NCBI GenBank assembly: GCA_051294375.1
Contig: CM119268.1
Coordinates: 10,172,469-10,236,468 of the forward strand
DNA: 64,000 nt
Origin: Paraspadella gotoi
Lineage: Eukaryota; Animalia; Chaetognatha
Reading direction: 5' to 3'
Part shown: in pieces, positions 1-64,000 of the stretch
Numbering within the stretch: the stretch's first letter is position 1
Layout: each line of letters begins with the position of its first letter
Made by a program: the position numbers and the translations under genes
The notes under the pieces: model-generated
What the model was told of the DNA's origin: nothing
Seen by the model: only the letters and a program-made list of their open reading frames with translations
The model's database searches: none

Positions 1-3000
1 CTACGCCATCGCGTTCGATCCCCGATATTCATTCGTCAAAAATTATGTGGAAAGAAGAGAGGAGATTAGGAGGAGGGACAATCCTTGGAATTTGCCGGGT
101 GAGGATAGAAAAGAAAAGAAAAGAAAAGAAAAGAAAAGAAAAGAAAAGAAAAGAAAAGAAAAGAAAAGAAAAGAAAAGAAAAGAAAAGAAAAGAAAAGAA
201 AAGAAAAGAAAATGTGGAAAGAAGAGAGGAGATTAGGAGGAGGGACAATCCTCGGAATTTGCCGGGTGAGGATAAAAAAGAAAAGAAAAGAAAAGAAAAG
301 AAAAGAAAAGAAAAGAAAAGAAAAGAAAAGAAAAGAAAAGAAAGAAAAGAAAAAAAAGAAAAGAAAAAGAAAAGAAAAGAAAAGAAAAGAAAAGAAAATA
401 AAACAAAGAAACATAACTTGAAATACATACGAGAAAATACCGGAAGGAAAGAATAAAACCAAGAAGTCAATTCGGCAATCAAAAAAGCAAGCAAGCAAGC
501 AAATAAAAAAATATTCTTCACCACCAATTCTTCCCCGAGATCGTCAAAGCGATCGATCGGACGGCATCGCTCTTCCTTTCGGCATCGAATTGCAAAAAGT
601 CGCTATGGACGGCGTCTATTCCTTCAGAAAGAAAAGCGGGAAATTCGCATCAGGTCCAGCAGATCATTTTCTCATTAAAATAAAAGCCACCGATTTTCTA
701 ATTATTCATCGATTTAATCATTAATTTTGATTCGGTCCGAGGTTGAAATTCTATTCTTTTTTTTTCAGAATCCGTGACGGTCACCTACGACCTCTCTCTC
801 CAACATTTGGCTGAGCGTGAGATCACGTGCAAGATGGCGGGACGGCGTCCGAGGGAAGTCGATTGGCCCGTCCTAAAAACTTACCAGCGCCGGGCGAGGG
901 TAAGGTAGACGGGGCTGGAATTGTTAATAGTTTAGTTGAGGAGCGTCTCTCGATATCGGCTCCACCTGTCCTCGCAGGTCCGCGGCCGAGTTCGTCCGCT
1001 CCTCGGAACGGTTCGTCGCGGCGCCACAATACTGGATGATTTCTTGAAGGCCTTCAGCCACTGGGAGCGTCAGGCAAAGGCCAGACGAATCATGATCCGG
1101 TCCCACAGATTCGGATGCAGCGTCATGACAGAGTAAGGCCGATTGGATAACTGTGAATGCGTGGCAATGAGGTTGTTTCCAATTTTTCTCATTCCTTCGT
1201 CTTCCGATCGATTGGGGTCGTTTAGTTGCGACTCTGACCGCCAGGCGGTTTTCCTCTGCGTCTTCGCGACGCCGAATCGAATTCCCAATCGTCATTTTCG
1301 CGTCTACAAAAACATCCTCAACTTTCCTAACAAAGACGAGGGGCGAACAGAGGAGGAGGAGCAGGAGGAGGATGAGGAGCAGGAAGAGGAGGAGAGGCTA
1401 TCCGAAGGTGATTGGTGACTGGTGACTGATGGATGGTAACTGTGACAGTGAATGGTGACAGTGTTTGACAAGGTTCCTGGAATCATTTGGGAGTGATATT
1501 CTAATTTTTTTTTTTCAGAGACGGCGAAGAAGAACGATCCCAACGACACCGACGACGAACACGATGACGTCGCCCTTCCGGTTCCAGCGACGCCCGCGCC
1601 AGAGGAGTCGGATCCCGCGGGAGAGCCTTCGACGGCCGACGAAGGAGTCGAGAAGACGAACGCGAAGGAAGAGACGAAAAGAAAAGAAACGAAGCGAAGG
1701 AAGAAAAGTAAAAACGAAAAAGAAAAGAGCGAAGAAAATCGAAGACAAAAGAAAAGATTAAAAGAAGAAGAAGAATCCGATTTCGAGAAAGAAAAATCGA
1801 AGAGAAAGCGAGAGAAAAAGCAAAAACAACAACAACATCAACGACCACTTCGTGACGAAGAGTCCAAAGACGAATTGACGGAGACCAGAGAGAAGGGAGA
1901 AAGAAACGCGACGAGAAATGAAGAAGCGTCTCTGACGATTGGCGACGTTGCAGACACTCCGGAAACGACGGGGGAAGAGCATCCGTCCGCAGAGGAAAAG
2001 CTAGAAGCCTCGGTGAAGGAGGAAAAGAACGAGGCTGGGCCAGACGAGACTGGGCCAGACGAGGCTGGGTCTAAGACCGAAGAATCTGAGCCTGAGACAG
2101 TCAAGTCAGAGATCGATCCTGAGACTCAGGAGTCCGAGACCGACGAGTCTAAAACCGTTCAATTTGAGACGGACAAATCTAATACCAGCGAGACTAAGTC
2201 CGTGACGGATGAGACCGACGAGTCTAAGACAAACACATTGAAAATCAATGAATTTAAGACTGAGGATTCTAATTCAGCCGTGGAAAACCCGCGATCGGAA
2301 AAAGACAGAGAAACGACGCAAGAAGCCAGTGAAGATAATTCTCTGGCTAAGGTCGAGAAAGAGCAGCGTTTAAACAATTCGTTCCCAACGAAGAACGACT
2401 CTATTGTTTCGAGTGTCGATGAGACCGAATTAAAGTCCGCATCAAAGGCCAAGTCAGATAACGCGACGGAGTACTTGTCAGAGGCACCGACAGAAAATGT
2501 TTCTCAGGCTGCTACTGAAGTTTCGTCGCAGGTTAAGTCAGAGGCCGGGGCTGAGGCCGGGGCGAAAACGAGGGCGGAGGCTGAAGAAAAGGCCAGGGTA
2601 GAGGCCGAGGAAGAGGCCAAAGATGAAGACGAGGAAGAGGCCAGAGCAAAAGCGTCTTCAGAAGCAGCTTCAGGGGTCACAACTCAAGGCTTGTTGGGAA
2701 CAACATTGGAGATTTCATCATCAGAAATTGCAACACTATCTACGCCCACGTCGTCGCCAACTGATGTCAATCAACTCAAATCCCAGATTCCAACCGAAAC
2801 TCCTGCTCCGGAATCACCTAAAGACGCCGGAAAAGCTCCTTTAAATCCGGCGTCGGAATTCGCCTCCAAATCGACCTCGAATACCAAGTCGGAGCCGGCG
2901 CCGTTATCCGCTCCGGCGCCGTCGTCTAAATCGGCGCCAAAAATCGCCTCCGAATCGGCGCCTTCGACGAGCGATATGTCCCGGCGCCGACGGCCGCAGT

Positions 3001-4360
3001 CCCGGCGCCTTCGCCCGTCTCCGCAGCGCCGGCGCCGCCCAGAGGAGTCTCTCGATCCGCTGCAGACGCGTCTAATCGGCCAGGCCCTCTACCTAGGCGG
3101 CCATCGAGGTGTCAACGATTGGAGCCTCATTCCCGGCTTCGAGCATCTCCGTGGACGGCCACTCGACGAGAGCTGCGTCAAGTGCGTGGATTTCTTGAAG
3201 GAGGCGCAACTGGATTTCGAGGAGGTGATTGGGGCGATGGTTGGGAATGCTCCAACGAAGAATCCGCCGGGTTCACGGTTGGGCAACGATATTATTTTTT
3301 TTCTCGTGTCATTCGGGTCATTTTTACTTCGGATCTCTTAGTTATGTCAACGTATGGAAATTCTTTTTCAAAATTAAGACTTTTACTTGAATATAATTGT
3401 TACATTTTGAGCGACTTATTTTTTTAATTTTTTTATCGAAATTTCTCTTTTTTTTCCCCTTTTCCCTTTTATAATCAGATTAAATTTGCTTGAAATTCAA
3501 GAACTTTGGTTACTATTCTTCGCCATCTTCCTTTTCTTCCCTCTCTCTCTCCTTCTTTTTTGTTCTTTTTTTTCCTTTCAATTATCTCTGTTTGTTTTCC
3601 TCCTTCTCTCCTCCAGAGCTTTTTTTTAAATTAGTCCCCGGGGAATCTTCCACTTCCTCTGGTAAATTCTTCCAATCTTTTATCATTCTGACGTTAACGA
3701 AGTTTCTTTTTCGCCCCATACTTTGCACATTCGTAGTATTTCACTGAATGAGGTTGTTTTTTTTCCTTCCGGTTGACTGTTTCCCTTTTTTTTTTGTTAA
3801 CTGCATTTGGATTCGGTTTAGGCTGCCAGATTCGGTGGCGGCGGCGGCTACGGCGGCGGCGGCTACGGCGGCGCCGGAGGCGACGGCGACGGCGGGGTGA
3901 AACTCGTGGCTCGTCCTTGCAACTACACCGTCTTTCAAAACCGCGGGATCTTTCCGATTCCATCTTTCGCCTACAAATGGAATTTGTGGAAAGAAGGTTT
4001 AAAAAATCGTTGAAATCCTTATTTATTCGTTAGAACTATAACAATTTTAAACTGTATAAAGTATAAACTAGACAATATTGATAATAATACTAATAATAAT
4101 AATACTCGCAAATTATCCTCTCCCATCCCGACGATTACCCTTACCCCCCTCAAAAAGGGCGTTCGGTCGCCGCCTGTCGCGCCCTTTGCGACGCCGGCGA
4201 GTTCGGCTGCCAATCCTTCGTCTTCGCGCGGCGTTTAGGCGCCGGATGCTGGATCATGCCCGGCGTGGCGGCGGACTACGAACGCCACACGCTCCTCAGG
4301 CGGAACCGAAACTTCGACTTTTACTCCCGATATTGTGACGACGGATCAGCCACTTTTTAA
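1..4360 (+). CDS. Multi-exon gene (5' end outside window): divergent CAP/SCP-like domain, long acidic/Ser-Thr-Pro low-complexity region, LamG-like terminal motif, Gly-rich linker, C-terminal PAN/Apple domain
   Basis: Manually spliced exons <1-98, 540-653, 769-899, 978-1132, 1226-1407, 1519-3224, 3822-3996, 4158-4360 (TAA). All junctions are GT-AG and phase-consistent with no internal stop. CAP-like motifs: VTYDLSLQHLAEREITC, KAFSHW, HRFGCSVMTDCDSDRQAVFLCVF. PAN-like Cys pattern: CNYTVF..SVAACRALC..GCQSFVF..GCWI..FDFYSRYC. AATAAA near 4764. Confidence 0.72.
45..398. repeat. (GAAAA)n microsatellite arrays with a duplicated ~60-nt exon-end/donor segment (45-106 and 212-273)
   Basis: atgtggaaagaagagaggagattaggaggagggacaatcc..gccgggtgaggata occurs twice, each time followed by GAAAA repeats. 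Confidence 0.9.
1519..3224 (+). CDS. Large exon of the CAP/PAN gene (568 codons, Glu/Lys/Ser/Thr/Pro-rich, predicted disordered, ending in LYLGG..ESCVKCVDF motif)
   Basis: tttttcag acceptor at 1518; open frame continuous with ORF 1875..3341; GTGATT donor at 3225. Confidence 0.75.
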
Positions 4361-5107
4361 GAAAGAGAAACAGTTGCAACAGCGAACAAACCACGTTGAA
4401 CTGTATAGATCCATGGACGTCGGATTGTTTATGAATATGTACAATGTACATGTACAATGTACAATTTACATGGTACAGTAATTATTAGTTGTCATGAAAT
4501 CTTGCTAGGTTTTGGAATTTACGATTTAATTTTAACCTAAACATTAACCTTAATTTTTCTGTAATTTGCTAACACCTGCGAACAACCACTCTGTATTCGA
4601 ATTTTAAAAGTATGTATTATTTATTACCTAATACGTTTTAATCTTCACACAATTCGGTAGTATTGCAAACTCTTTTGTCTGGTTTTTCACTCGTCCGTTT
4701 GTTGTATTTCTTACTATGTAAATTGGCGATCGCACTTTTTGTGAACCTTAAAGAAGACTAAAAAATAAAATTCTCATATTCCTCGTCGTGTGCGCGTTTT
4801 TTGCTTTTTTTTTCTAACGCGTTTTCACGACCGGATATGATTTAAAACTGCGTTCTAAACTAGGTTAAGTCATTACGTTTAAAACGAACAGTTTAGGACG
4901 GAAGTTAAAATTAAAAGTGTTAAAAAGACGAAGGCACACTGATTTTTTTTTTTCTAATGAGAGACAGTGGAAGAGAGAAAAGAGAAAAAAATATCGCTAC
5001 GACTGACATTATAAAATAAAATATATTAACTAGTACAAAAAAATTCTAGATCTTCTCAAAATTTAGTAGTATATCGAAATACAAATATTTTATGATATAG
5101 AACTCAC

Positions 5108-62556
<57,449 letters not shown>

Positions 62557-64000
62557 CTGAGCAAAGAAAGACTCAAGATAATAATATAAAAAAATTGAAT
62601 AAATTTTAAAATGGGTATTGTTTGTTTTTGCCAAACGAATCGCGTGAAAAAGCACGCACTCAGTGGCAGCACCGCTCTTTGCGAATCACATTTCACATAC
62701 TTTTTTTCAGCTCTTCACGTGAATTATTTTTTTCGTATCAGGTTGACAATTTCGAAAAGTAATGCATACTATTTTTCCCAAAAAAAACTCTTGCTATTGC
62801 ACTTTTCCTTGAATAACTCAAATCTGTCATTCATATTTTTCTCAACAACACTTTCCTAAACTAAATTTTTCAAATTCTTCGTACTTTCCTCCATTTTTCT
62901 CTCAACTTTCACCGCAGTCAACATTCTCTCTCTCTCTCTCTNNNNNNNNNNNNNNNNNNNNNNNNNNNNNNNNNNNNNNNNNNNNNNNNNNNNNNNNNNN
63001 NNNNNNNNNNNNNNNNNNNNNNNNNNNNNNNNNNNNNNNNNNNNNNNNNNNNNNNNNNNNNNNNNNNNNNNNNNNNNNNNNNNNNNNNNNNNNNNNNNNN
63101 NNNNNNNNNNNNNTTCCTCCATTCAATGAGATTCGATGCAACCGCGAATAAAAATCGACAAAACCCCAAAAACTTGGCCCACAAATTCGCTTTCTCCGTT
63201 GTTTTCGCCGTCGCCGCCGCCGCCGCCGCCCCCGCAGCCGCCGACGCCGCCGTCGCAGCCGCCGCCGCAAAAGCCTCCGTGATCGTCGTCGTCATCTTTG
63301 TCCTGTTTGTTGTCGTCTTCGTAGTTATTTTCGTCGTCGTCGTCGTCGTCGTTGAAGTTTTCGTTGTTTTTGTCCTATTTTAGTTAACGTATTCTTCATT
63401 CGTCATTTCCATCAGATTCTTTTTCCAGTACAATCGTTTTTCTCTCGTCACAATGTTTGTCTTTCTCACTCGATTCTTTTGAGTCACAAGTTTTTTTTCC
63501 CATCAATATCACTGGGTTCTCTCTTTTTATCGTCGTCGTCGTGGTCGACGCCTTTGCGACTTTTTCTTCCTTATCGAATTCTTTTACATCACCTTGGACG
63601 TCGTCGTCGTCGTCGTCGTCGTCGACACCCGTTTTCTTTATCGACGTCGTCGTCGTCGTCGTCGTCTTCTTCTTCTTCTTCCTCTAAGCGTCTTTGTCAA
63701 AGTCCATTTGTCGTATTGGTTCTCCGCAAGCGCAACAACGATAAGAAAGGAATTCGCAAATGAGATAAAGTGGCCGTTTGGTGGCGACTGTTTGGGTCAC
63801 CGCAGACAACGGACAATTTCTTATCGAGGAATAAAAACGACGACAAAAACTGGACCAGTACATCACGAGGGAAAAGGATAACAACGACAAGGACGGTCGC
63901 AGTACCTTCCAGTTCTGGTTCAGGTAATTTACAGGAATTAGAGTCTCTGCCACTCAAACCCGTCGAGTGGAATTAAAAAATGAGGGGGCGGGCTGGGGGG

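Noticed and set aside
43-527. Long K/E/R- or F/S/L-rich ORFs here and over other AG, GAAAA and CT tracts (e.g. 7158-7940, 13042-13814, 43248-44000, 51268-52248)
   Set aside because: Translations of microsatellites that lack stop codons; no protein-like content.
63684-63976. Upstream eag PAS exon
   Set aside because: No frame resembles PAS motifs (NAQIVD.PIVY, FMYG, EILLYKK); those exons must lie beyond the window.

Overview
Eukaryotic (invertebrate-like) genomic DNA, rich in introns and microsatellites, from a draft assembly with many N gaps and error-prone gap-filled segments. The backbone is a minus-strand ether-a-go-go (eag/KCNH1-5 subfamily) K+ channel gene. Ten canonical exons, from the PAC domain (62.5 kb) to the C-linker (5.1 kb), splice in consistent phase; the PAS start and the CNBHD exons lie outside the window. 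Its introns hold two plus-strand (antisense) protein genes: an ORP9/OSBPL9-like lipid-transfer protein (33.7-48.6 kb) that seems to lack a PH domain and has EQVSHRPP in place of the EQVSHHPP signature, and a gene at 1-4.4 kb encoding a divergent CAP/SCP domain, a ~570-aa charged low-complexity exon and a C-terminal PAN/Apple domain. tRNA-Asn(GTT) and tRNA-Glu(TTC) also lie in the largest intron. The best new lead is a GC3-rich, phase 0-0 candidate exon that would add ~66 aa (3 Cys, one NDT sequon) to the extracellular S3-S4 loop of the voltage sensor. Two large tandem duplications of eag exon blocks (~3.6 kb and ~10 kb) are most likely long-read gap-filling artefacts. All family assignments come from recalled motifs, not database searches.
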